A DNA stretch of 64,000 nt from Lishizhenia tianjinensis (GTDB lineage Bacteria > Bacteroidota > Bacteroidia > Flavobacteriales_D > Crocinitomicaceae). Shown here piece by piece: positions 29,855 through 38,252 of the stretch. The notes below the pieces were generated by a model, which saw only the letters and a program-made list of their open reading frames with translations, was not told where the DNA came from and made no database searches. The position numbers and the translations under genes were made by a program. The DNA is taken from positions 26,909-90,908 of the forward strand of contig CALQIX020000002.1 of assembly GCA_943330745.2 (NCBI GenBank). The letters are read 5' to 3'. The first letter of the stretch is position 1. Every line of letters begins with the position of its first letter.

Positions 29855-30871
29855 ATGAAATTCGGAATTTTGTTACTAGTTTTTCCTTTTCTTTTGAGTA
29901 AAGAAGAGAGAACCTTTAAACGGTTGAATAAACTGTATGATAAAAACACAGAAAAAGCATTCTTGTTAGCTAAGAAAATGAATGCGAGGGATAAGAATTT
30001 GGCTTCTCCTTATTATTTTCAGTTTTTGGTATACAGTAAAAAATCTGATTTATCAAAGGCCGCAAAAGACCAAGCTACGATTTTAGGAAGTGCTATAAGT
30101 ACAGGTTCGTCTTTTGAAAAAAAAGCGGGTGAATTCCTTTTAACACAAACTGATTGGGTAACCAAGAAGGAACTATTGCGCGAAAAAGTAGTTGCCTGCT
30201 TAACTAAGTTAAAAGCTGAAAAGAATGATTCTCGATTTAAGAAACTAAAGGAAAAAGCTACGAAATTCTTTTCAGAGGTCCCTGTTGAGTTGGTGGAACA
30301 AAAACAAGTTGAATCCACAAAAAACAAATCTACAGACAAAGAAATTGCAAAAACTACCTTTGCGGCGCCAAAACACTTGTTCCCCTCAATAAAAACAGAA
30401 TCTACCAAAATTAATTTTTCATTAAAACCAACGGGCAAGGAACAATTTTTTTCAATCAATGAAACCGAAGAACAAAAACTAATTGATCAACTGAATGAAG
30501 CTCGATTGTCCCAAAATCTTCAACCTCTTTCTATTGACCCTAATTTAGTTCGTGCTTCTCGCTACCATGCACGGGATATGGCGAAAGAAAATTATTTTGA
30601 TCACACGACACACAACAAGGTAAATGGAAAATTATCCAAATCAATTGGTGCATTTGAACGCATTGCCTTGTTTTACCCACAAGGAGGAAATACCGAAAAT
30701 ATAGCTGCCGGTAATTCCACGGCCGATGAAACCTATAATCAATGGTTCAATAGTCCGGGTCATTATGCCAATATGTTTAATGAAGCCGCAACTAAAGTTG
30801 GTATCGGAGTATATCACGATGAAAACAGTGAGTATGAATATTATTGGGTTTTTTGTACAGCAAGTAATTAA
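29855..30871 (+). CDS. secreted protein with C-terminal CAP (SCP/PR-1, YkwD-like) domain
   Basis: Signal peptide. The C-terminal ~130 aa contain RYHARDMAKENYFDH, GENIAAG and WFNSPGHYANMFN. Confidence 0.75.
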   Translation: MKFGILLLVFPFLLSKEERTFKRLNKLYDKNTEKAFLLAKKMNARDKNLASPYYFQFLVYSKKSDLSKAAKDQATILGSAISTGSSFEKKAGEFLLTQTDWVTKKELLREKVVACLTKLKAEKNDSRFKKLKEKATKFFSEVPVELVEQKQVESTKNKSTDKEIAKTTFAAPKHLFPSIKTESTKINFSLKPTGKEQFFSINETEEQKLIDQLNEARLSQNLQPLSIDPNLVRASRYHARDMAKENYFDHTTHNKVNGKLSKSIGAFERIALFYPQGGNTENIAAGNSTADETYNQWFNSPGHYANMFNEAATKVGIGVYHDENSEYEYYWVFCTASN

Positions 30872-30908
30872 TTTACCTTAACTTTAAATCTGAATTTATT
30901 AACTGATT

Positions 30909-30916
30909 TAATTTTG
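30909..30916 (+). promoter_or_regulatory. candidate -7 box for the repeat-protein/pnuC/kinase unit
   Basis: taattttg ends only 4 nt before the ATG at 30921, implying a leaderless or near-leaderless transcript. Confidence 0.4.
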
Positions 30917-30920
30917 TCTT

Positions 30921-31256
30921 ATGAAAAACTTCTTTTTCTTATTGCTTGCTGTTTCAGGTGCAAGCTTTTCCATGGCCCAGAAAATGTACACGGTAAAATA
31001 TGAAAGTCAAGCAAACGTAAAAGTGTTTGTTGTGAAATACGAAAGCCAGGCCGATTTAAAAGTGTATAAAGTGAAATATGATAGCCAAGCAGGTAGTAAT
31101 GACGGAAAATGGTTTTTTGTCGATTATGAAAGTCAAGCTAAGAAAAAACTTTATTTTGTCGATTACGAAAGCCAAGCAGACATAAAAATCTTTTTTGTCG
31201 ATTATGAAAGCCAGGCGGGTTGGAGAAACACTACAAAAAAACACTTACTCTATTAG
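30921..31256 (+). CDS. small secreted tandem-repeat protein (six ~13-aa [VK/VD]YESQA repeats)
   Basis: Signal peptide MKNFFFLLLAVSGASFSMA. YESQA/YDSQA occurs at residues 27, 40, 53, 69, 82 and 95. The stop codon abuts the pnuC GTG. Confidence 0.7.
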   Translation: MKNFFFLLLAVSGASFSMAQKMYTVKYESQANVKVFVVKYESQADLKVYKVKYDSQAGSNDGKWFFVDYESQAKKKLYFVDYESQADIKIFFVDYESQAGWRNTTKKHLLY

Positions 31257-31805
31257 GTGATTGGTTCTCTTGAGATTCTAGCTTCCCTTTTTGGTTTTGT
31301 ATATATCATTTTAATTGTACAGAAAAAGCCAATTGGCTGGTTTTTCGGTTTTGTATCTTCCCTAATTTACATTGAGGTTTGTTTTACCAATGAACTATAT
31401 ATACAAACAGGGCTTCAAGCAATTTATGCATTGGTTGGTGTGTTTGGTTTCTTTCGTTGGCAAATGAAGGGGATATCAATAAGAGCTATTTCATTCAAAA
31501 ATCGTTTAATTGTTTTGGTGAGTGGACTAGTTGCTTCAATGATTTTGGGTTATTTATTCAGTAAATCAAATCAAGTACTGCCATATTTGGATGCTCTAAT
31601 TAGTGTCTTTGGTATAATTGCAACCTATCTAACAACTGATAAAAGAGTAGAAAATTGGATAATTTGGATGGTAATTAATGTGTTGAGCATTTATCTGTTT
31701 GCTTATCAATCGCTCTATTTTTCAGTAGCGTTGTTCAGTGTTTATTTTATTGTGTCATTTTGGGGTTATTTAAATTGGAGGAAAGACATTGAAGCGAATG
31801 AATAA
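31257..31805 (+). CDS. pnuC: nicotinamide riboside transporter PnuC
   Basis: 182 aa, about 7 TM segments, PnuC-like N-terminus (ILASLFGFVYIILIVQKKPIGW) and a W-rich C-terminal region. GTG start. Confidence 0.8.
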   Translation: MIGSLEILASLFGFVYIILIVQKKPIGWFFGFVSSLIYIEVCFTNELYIQTGLQAIYALVGVFGFFRWQMKGISIRAISFKNRLIVLVSGLVASMILGYLFSKSNQVLPYLDALISVFGIIATYLTTDKRVENWIIWMVINVLSIYLFAYQSLYFSVALFSVYFIVSFWGYLNWRKDIEANE

Positions 31806-32304
31806 GCTGAAAATTGCCTTTACTGGTCCCGAATCGAGTGGAAAAACAACCTTAGCCAAGTGGTTATCTGAAGAGCTGTCAGCAGTATGTTGTGATGAAT
31901 ACGCGAGAAAACACCTGGAAAAAAAAGAGAAGTATGATCAAGAAGACCTTACGGAAATAGCAAAGGGTCAATTGACGGAATGGGACAAAAACACCGAGTC
32001 AAGTCCGCTAATTGCAGACACAGAAATGTTGGTGCTGCAAATTTGGAGTTTGTGGAAATATAGCTCTTGCGATTCATTTATTGTATCCGCCTTGCACAAC
32101 CAACAATTCAACCATTATTTTTTGTGTAAACCAGACATTCCTTGGGAACCGGATGAATTGCGCGAATCTGAACATGAACGCGATCAATTGTTTGATTTTT
32201 ATGAGCAAAAAATAATTGAACTTGGGTGGAATTACACGGTGGTTTGTGGCGATTTAAACACCCGAAAAACAACAATAAGAAACGCGTTGAAAAATCTATA
32301 TTGA
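31798..32304 (+). CDS. AAA/P-loop ATPase, NadR C-terminal (ribosylnicotinamide kinase)-like
   Basis: Walker A IAFTGPESSGKTTL. Overlaps the pnuC 3' end, the classical pnuC-nadR pairing. The ATG at 31798 is preferred to the TTG at 31789. Confidence 0.7.
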   Translation: MNKLKIAFTGPESSGKTTLAKWLSEELSAVCCDEYARKHLEKKEKYDQEDLTEIAKGQLTEWDKNTESSPLIADTEMLVLQIWSLWKYSSCDSFIVSALHNQQFNHYFLCKPDIPWEPDELRESEHERDQLFDFYEQKIIELGWNYTVVCGDLNTRKTTIRNALKNLY

Positions 32305-32377
32305 ATTGCTAACTATTAAAGGTTGAAAAGTTTTTCATAGATTTTTTAGAAAGATTTTGAAGAGTGAACAAATCCAT

Positions 32378-32385
32378 TAATTTTG
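32378..32385 (+). promoter_or_regulatory. candidate -7 box with TTG 18 nt upstream
   Basis: taattttg lies 30 nt upstream of the ATG at 32415, with ttttg at 32355-32359. Confidence 0.45.
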
Positions 32386-32414
32386 CCACCGAGAAATTTT
32401 AATGAACGATAAAA

Positions 32415-32756
32415 ATGTCAAAAAGAAGATCTATTATTAGTTACGACAAACTGACGATTGAACAAAAAAAACAAATTTTAAGGGAGTTCCCTGATGGTTA
32501 TATTAATCATTTAACATCGATCAAAACGCCAACGGGAGAAATTCTTGATGCCTTAATTTGGGAAACTGAAGAGGTGATTTATTTGGTGAAAATCAACAAA
32601 GTTATGGGCAAACCAAAACCGGTAGCAGATGACGATGACGATGATTTTGAAGAAGAATTGGATGAAAAAGCTCCGGATTTAAAGGATGACGAATTGGACG
32701 ATGAGGAAGAAGACGAATATGATAAGCCTGAAGATGATGACGACGACGATGAATAA
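32415..32756 (+). CDS. hypothetical protein with conserved N-terminal domain and poly-acidic tail
   Basis: 113 aa. The last ~45 residues are almost entirely D/E. No family recognised. Confidence 0.55.
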   Translation: MSKRRSIISYDKLTIEQKKQILREFPDGYINHLTSIKTPTGEILDALIWETEEVIYLVKINKVMGKPKPVADDDDDDFEEELDEKAPDLKDDELDDEEEDEYDKPEDDDDDDE

Positions 32757-32789
32757 ATAGGTTGACTTTCATCTTCAAATCCTCATTAT

Positions 32790-34196
32790 ATGACATTCAA
32801 ATCCGCTCTAACATTTCTTTTTTTATGCTGTGCTATTTCTACTCTTCAAAGCCAAGAGGTGTATAAATATGCGATTTTCTTTAAAAAAAAGGGGATTAAT
32901 AATCCCTATTCAGTCAATCAACCTGAAGCGTATTTATCAAAACGGGCCATCGAGAGAAAAAATCGGATGGGCATAAAGATATCTAAGACAGACTTGCCGG
33001 TAAATCCTAAATATGTGGGAGAAATCAAAAAATTGATTCCGAGTGCTCTAGTGTTGAATAAATCCAAATGGCTAAATTTTGTGGTTATTCAAACCACGGA
33101 CAGTTCCTGGCAAAAAACAATCAAGCTTCCAAATTATGTAAAGGAAATTAAATTGATTTATGCAGGTAAACCTCCTAAATCTACCAGCCAACGTGTTTTT
33201 ACTCCTTCCACAGCTGGAAATGATTGTTCCAAAATTGATTTAAAATCAATTCAATATGGTTCCGCTGATTTTCAGGTTAAATCACTGAATTTAAATGATT
33301 TACACCAGAAAAATTATCTTGGGCAAGACGTCGTAATTGCAGTATTGGATGGCGGGTTCAGTAATGTAGATAAAATTGAAGCCTTTCATCATTTGCGACA
33401 AGCAAATCGCATACTTGGCACGTTTGATTTTGCGGGAAATGAAACAGAAGTATATGGTGACGGTGAACATGGCACGATGGTTCTAGGTTGCATGGCAGGA
33501 TATGTTGAAAATAAAATTCTAGGTACTGCTCCATTTGCCTCCTACTATCTTTTAAGAACGGAAGAAACAGGTTCAGAAACAGTTTCAGAGGAATATAATT
33601 GGGTTTCAGGTGCTGAATTTGCCGATAGTGTTGGTGCTGATTTAATTAATAGTTCCTTGGGTTACACTAAGTTTGATAAAAATAGTGGAAGTTATACATA
33701 TGCTGACATGAATGGTAAAACAGCCTTAATTTCTAGAGGAGCTAATATGGCCGTTTCTAAAGGAATTCTGGTTGTAAATAGTGCAGGGAATTCTGGAAAT
33801 GATTCTTGGAAGTACATTGGGGCACCAGCAGATGCTGAAAAAGTTTTTTCTATCGGGGCTACTAATAAAACAAATGAACGAGTTGCATTTAGCTCAGTGG
33901 GCCCAACATCCGATGGAAGAATAAAACCCAATGTGATGGCGCTTGGTTCTTATTCTGCAGTAATTAATGCTTCTGGATCAGTAACGAATGCAAGTGGAAC
34001 TTCATTTTCAAGTCCAATAATGTGTGGAGCCTTGGCTTGTCTTATGCAAAAACACAAATATCTGAAACCAGAATTAATTATGCGTGCTGTGGAAGCTTCA
34101 AGTAATAATGCAACGAATCCAAATCCTGAAATGGGCTATGGGATACCAGACTTTACTAAGGCGGATAAACTGTTGTCTGAAAAAAAGAAAAGGTAA
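32790..34196 (+). CDS. secreted S8-family (subtilisin-like) serine peptidase
   Basis: Signal peptide. Catalytic triad contexts VIAVLDGG (Asp), GEHGTMV (His) and SGTSFSSPIM (Ser). Confidence 0.9.
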   Translation: MTFKSALTFLFLCCAISTLQSQEVYKYAIFFKKKGINNPYSVNQPEAYLSKRAIERKNRMGIKISKTDLPVNPKYVGEIKKLIPSALVLNKSKWLNFVVIQTTDSSWQKTIKLPNYVKEIKLIYAGKPPKSTSQRVFTPSTAGNDCSKIDLKSIQYGSADFQVKSLNLNDLHQKNYLGQDVVIAVLDGGFSNVDKIEAFHHLRQANRILGTFDFAGNETEVYGDGEHGTMVLGCMAGYVENKILGTAPFASYYLLRTEETGSETVSEEYNWVSGAEFADSVGADLINSSLGYTKFDKNSGSYTYADMNGKTALISRGANMAVSKGILVVNSAGNSGNDSWKYIGAPADAEKVFSIGATNKTNERVAFSSVGPTSDGRIKPNVMALGSYSAVINASGSVTNASGTSFSSPIMCGALACLMQKHKYLKPELIMRAVEASSNNATNPNPEMGYGIPDFTKADKLLSEKKKR

Positions 34197-34234
34197 AATT
34201 ATTCCTTTGAAGTCAGATAAACCATTGATTCTTG

Positions 34235-34242
34235 TATATTTG
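34235..34242 (+). promoter_or_regulatory. candidate -7 box for the deoC-ALDH cluster
   Basis: tatatttg lies 18 nt upstream of the deoC ATG. Confidence 0.4.
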
Positions 34243-34259
34243 ATTTAATTCTTTTAACT

Positions 34260-35174
34260 ATGAATAAGTCCTTAGCTCTCGAAAAAATCCGTGCGTTTTC
34301 TCCACAAATTGATAAGGTTGGTGTGGAAGAAAGAGTGGCTCGATTTCAAACAAGAAGTATTAAAAACGAATCAAAAATGCAAGGCCTAAAATTGGCGCTT
34401 AGCATGATTGATTTAACTACCTTGGAAGGAAAAGACACACCAGGGAAAGTAAAACAGATGTGTTACAAGGCAGCCCATTTGCATGATGCATATCCAGACT
34501 TACCGACAGTAGCCGCTGTTTGTGTTTATCCCTCAATGGTCAGAATAGCTGCTCAAGCACTCAAAGAAACTCAAATACAAATAGCTTCTGTTTCAACTGC
34601 ATTTCCAAGTGGTCAAGCTCCTTTGGATGTTAAAATACGAGATACAGAGTTTGCCGTTGCTGAAGGAGCCACGGAAATTGACATGGTGATTTCAAGAGGT
34701 AAATTTCTTTCGGGAGAATATTCTTATGTGTTTGATGAAATAGCTAAGATAAAAGAATGCTGCGGCAAGGCTCGCTTAAAAGTGATTCTTGAAACAGGTG
34801 AATTAGCCACCTTAGATAATGTCCGAAAAGCAAGTGATATTGCCATTTATGCGGGCGCGGATTTTATTAAAACATCCACCGGAAAAATTCAACCGGCAGC
34901 CACCATGCAAGTAACTTATGTTATGCTGCAAGCTATTAAAGATTATTTTGACTCAACCGGAAAAATGATTGGAATGAAGCCTGCAGGCGGAATTTCTACA
35001 GCTAAATTGGCGTTGCATAATCTAGTCATGGTCAATGAGATTTTAGGTCCAACCTGGCTCACAAATGAGTGGTTTCGTTTCGGGGCAAGTAGCTTAGCGA
35101 ATGATGTCTTGATGCAAATAGGAAAATCCCAAACAGGAATTTATCAATCAGCAGATTATTTTACTATAGATTAG
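34260..35174 (+). CDS. deoC: deoxyribose-phosphate aldolase (long, DERA-like form)
   Basis: 304 aa with KVILETGEL and the Schiff-base lysine context DFIKTSTGK. Confidence 0.88.
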   Translation: MNKSLALEKIRAFSPQIDKVGVEERVARFQTRSIKNESKMQGLKLALSMIDLTTLEGKDTPGKVKQMCYKAAHLHDAYPDLPTVAAVCVYPSMVRIAAQALKETQIQIASVSTAFPSGQAPLDVKIRDTEFAVAEGATEIDMVISRGKFLSGEYSYVFDEIAKIKECCGKARLKVILETGELATLDNVRKASDIAIYAGADFIKTSTGKIQPAATMQVTYVMLQAIKDYFDSTGKMIGMKPAGGISTAKLALHNLVMVNEILGPTWLTNEWFRFGASSLANDVLMQIGKSQTGIYQSADYFTID

Positions 35175-35176
35175 AT

Positions 35177-36643
35177 ATGACAAAAAAAACTCCTCAAACG
35201 GCACCATTATCATGGGATTATGCACCATCTCCTGAAAGCACTTCTCATATTCAATTAAAAGAAAAATATGATTTGTATATCAATGGAAAATGGGAAAAAC
35301 CAACCTCTGGTAAGTATTTTGACACGATAAATCCTGCAAATGAAAAAATATTAGCTCGAATCGCTCATGCAAATGAAGGAGATGTTGACAAAGCAGTTCA
35401 AGCAGCAAGAATTGCTTATGACACTGTGTGGTCCAAACTATCTGGAGCAGAACGTGGAAAGTACATTTATCGCATTGCACGCTTGATGCAAGAACGAGCA
35501 AGAGAATTAGCAGTGATTGAAACATTGGATGGCGGAAAGCCAATTCGTGAATCGCGTGATATTGATATTCCATTGGCTTGCAATCATTTTTTCTATTATG
35601 CCGGTTGGGCCGATAAATTGGAGTATGCCTTTCCAACGCGCAAAGTTGAATCTTTAGGCGTTGCCGGTCAAATTATTCCCTGGAATTTTCCTTTATTAAT
35701 GGCTGCTTGGAAAATCGCTCCAGCATTAGCCGCAGGAAATACCGTGGTACTTAAACCAGCAGAATCAACTTCTTTGACTGCTTTAAAATTGGCAGAAATT
35801 ATACATGATGCTGGTTTGCCTCCGGGTGTAGTGAATATTGTTACCGGTTTTGGCGATACAGGAGCAGCTATTGTTAATCACCAGGATATTAATAAAATCG
35901 CTTTTACCGGATCAACAGCTGTAGGAAAAATCATTCAAAAATCAATTGCCGGTACAGGAAAAAAAGCCACTTTGGAACTGGGTGGAAAATCAGCAAACAT
36001 TATTTTTGAGGACGCTCCAATTGACCAAGCGGTTGAGGGAATTGTAAATGGAATTTTCTTTAATCAAGGACACGTTTGTTGTGCGGGATCACGACTTTTT
36101 GTGCAAGAGTCTGTCGCTGAATTGGTTATTCAAAAACTAAAACAACGAATTCAAACGTTGTATGTAGGAGATCCGCTTGATAAAAACACAGATATTGGTG
36201 CAATAAATAGCCAGGAACAATTGAAAACAATTGAAAAGTATATAAAAATAGGGATAGCGGAAGGGGCTGAAATGTATCAACCTACTTGTGATATACCTAA
36301 AAAAGGATTTTATTGTCCTCCTACGTTGTTTATCAATGTTGCTCAATCAAGTCGTATTGTACAGGAAGAGATTTTTGGTCCGGTTCTAACCATTCAAACC
36401 TTCAGAACAGTGGATGAGGTTATTCAGAAAGCAAACAATACGCCGTATGGATTGGCTGCTGGGGTTTGGACAGACAAAGGCTCCAGAATCTTTAATCTAA
36501 CCACCAAGTTACGCGCAGGAGTTGTTTGGGCAAATACCTACAATAAATTCGACCCAACATCTCCTTTCGGAGGATACAAAGAAAGTGGATTTGGTAGAGA
36601 GGGAGGAGTACATGGAATTAGTAGTTATGTAAAACTAAGTTGA
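35177..36643 (+). CDS. NAD(P)-dependent aldehyde dehydrogenase
   Basis: 488 aa. Shows ALAAGNTVVLKPAE, the catalytic Glu context LELGGKS and the catalytic Cys context FFNQGHVCCAGSR. Confidence 0.92.
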   Translation: MTKKTPQTAPLSWDYAPSPESTSHIQLKEKYDLYINGKWEKPTSGKYFDTINPANEKILARIAHANEGDVDKAVQAARIAYDTVWSKLSGAERGKYIYRIARLMQERARELAVIETLDGGKPIRESRDIDIPLACNHFFYYAGWADKLEYAFPTRKVESLGVAGQIIPWNFPLLMAAWKIAPALAAGNTVVLKPAESTSLTALKLAEIIHDAGLPPGVVNIVTGFGDTGAAIVNHQDINKIAFTGSTAVGKIIQKSIAGTGKKATLELGGKSANIIFEDAPIDQAVEGIVNGIFFNQGHVCCAGSRLFVQESVAELVIQKLKQRIQTLYVGDPLDKNTDIGAINSQEQLKTIEKYIKIGIAEGAEMYQPTCDIPKKGFYCPPTLFINVAQSSRIVQEEIFGPVLTIQTFRTVDEVIQKANNTPYGLAAGVWTDKGSRIFNLTTKLRAGVVWANTYNKFDPTSPFGGYKESGFGREGGVHGISSYVKLS

Positions 36644-36671
36644 TTGAATTTTTTATTATAAACAAGTAATT

Positions 36672-37544
36672 ATGTCAAGATTGGAAATTCTAAAAACATA
36701 CAAAATTTATATCGGCGGACAGTTTCCTAGAACGGAATCCGGTAGGTATTATGTGGTTAACGATCAACAAGATCAACCGTTAGCAAATGTTTGTCTTTCT
36801 TCGCGTAAAGATGTTCGGAATGCGGTTGTGGCAGCCCGCAAGGCATTTGGTTCTTGGTCTGAAAAAACAGCATTTAATCGCAGTCAAGTTTTATATAGAA
36901 TTGCAGAAATGCTTGAGGGTAGAAGGGATCAGTTTATTCAAGAATTAACAAAGCAAGGCTCTTCACCCAGTACAGCGATTCAAGAAATCGATTTAGCAAT
37001 TGATAGAATTGTTTATTACGCAGGTTGGTGTGATAAATATCAGCAAATTGGGAGCTCTGTTAACCCAGTTGCATCTTCTCATTTTAATTTTTCTGTTTTG
37101 GAACCCATGGGCGTTGTAGGGATAATTGCTCCTCAGAATTCTTCTTTAATTGGATTAGTGTCTCTACTTATGCCTGTTCTCGCTGGTGGAAATACTGCTG
37201 TAATTCTAGCATCAGAAAATCTTCCTTTGTGCGCCATTACATTTGCAGAAGTCCTTCATTCATCGGATGTACCCGGAGGGGTTGTTAATGTTTTAACAGG
37301 GAAAACGACTGAAATGGATACAACATTAGCGGCACATATGGATGTTAATGCATTGGTTGGTGAACAACAATCTTTGGGGTGTGTCCAAGTAGAATCGGTT
37401 GAAAATTTAAAACGATTATTTTCTTTCGATGCAGATTGGATGAATTCAAATGCTCAGGGATTACATTTTATTACAGATATTCAAGAGGTTAAAACAACGT
37501 GGCATCCTATCGAAAATATTGGTGGGGCAAGCAGTTCTTATTGA
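36672..37544 (+). CDS. ALDH-superfamily paralog comprising only the N-terminal/cofactor-binding part (no catalytic Cys/Glu region)
   Basis: 290 aa aligning to the first ~290 residues of the neighbouring ALDH (VLAGGNTAVILASE versus ALAAGNTVVLKPAE). It ends before any ELGGK or catalytic-Cys motif. It is followed by an 81-nt spacer and an unrelated gene. Confidence 0.7.
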   Translation: MSRLEILKTYKIYIGGQFPRTESGRYYVVNDQQDQPLANVCLSSRKDVRNAVVAARKAFGSWSEKTAFNRSQVLYRIAEMLEGRRDQFIQELTKQGSSPSTAIQEIDLAIDRIVYYAGWCDKYQQIGSSVNPVASSHFNFSVLEPMGVVGIIAPQNSSLIGLVSLLMPVLAGGNTAVILASENLPLCAITFAEVLHSSDVPGGVVNVLTGKTTEMDTTLAAHMDVNALVGEQQSLGCVQVESVENLKRLFSFDADWMNSNAQGLHFITDIQEVKTTWHPIENIGGASSSY

Positions 37545-37604
37545 TATTATAATTAGTTAACATTTTTATCATTTTTTTAAAATCTTTATAGCTATTACTA
37601 AGCG

Positions 37605-37612
37605 TAACTTTG
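37605..37612 (+). promoter_or_regulatory. candidate -7 box for the MarC-family gene
   Basis: taactttg lies 14 nt upstream of the ATG at 37626. Confidence 0.4.
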
Positions 37613-37625
37613 CCGAAAAAAGCAA

Positions 37626-38252
37626 ATGTACTTTTCATTATTCATCGCTAGTTGTATTTCCCTTTTTTCACTTATCAATCCGCTCAGTGCGCTGCCCGTT
37701 TTTATTTCCTTGACTTCCAATCAACCTTCGAAGTGGAGGAATTACCAGATTCGTAAAACGGCGATGTATATTATTCTAATTTGCTTGGTTTCCTTCTATG
37801 CTGGATCTTATATTTTATCTTTTTTTGGAATTTCCATTCACGCCCTGAAAATGGCAGGAGGGATTGTAATTGCTCGATCTGGGTTTATGTTGTTAAATGC
37901 TCAGCATAAAGGAGATGTGAAAGGAAAAATAAAAGAAGAATCACTTCAAAAAGAAGACATATCATTTAGCCCATTAGCGATGCCTTTATTGGCGGGTCCC
38001 GGATCTATTTCCCTTTTAATAAACATGTCCATTGACGCAAGATTATGGGAACAAAAGGCGATGATTGTATTGGCAATACTAGCAGTAGCGTTAGCCATTT
38101 TCCTTTTGTTTACCGTCGCGCCTCGAGTAATTAAATACATCGGTGAAGCTGGGTTGAAATCCATTTCAAAAATTATGGGTTTCTTGGTATTAGCAATTGG
38201 AATTCAGATGGTTACCGACAGTATCATCCATTTATTTAAAATTCCAATTTAA
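37626..38252 (+). CDS. MarC-family (UPF0056) integral membrane protein
   Basis: 208 aa, 6 TM segments, with an N-terminal LINPLSALPVF motif typical of MarC/YhgN proteins. Confidence 0.8.
   Translation: MYFSLFIASCISLFSLINPLSALPVFISLTSNQPSKWRNYQIRKTAMYIILICLVSFYAGSYILSFFGISIHALKMAGGIVIARSGFMLLNAQHKGDVKGKIKEESLQKEDISFSPLAMPLLAGPGSISLLINMSIDARLWEQKAMIVLAILAVALAIFLLFTVAPRVIKYIGEAGLKSISKIMGFLVLAIGIQMVTDSIIHLFKIPI

Noticed and set aside
30993-31220. About 39-nt periodic DNA repeats that could be mistaken for a small CRISPR-like or minisatellite array.
   Set aside because: The periodicity is in frame and encodes the YESQA peptide repeats of a signal-peptide protein. There are no spacer-like unique segments and no cas genes.
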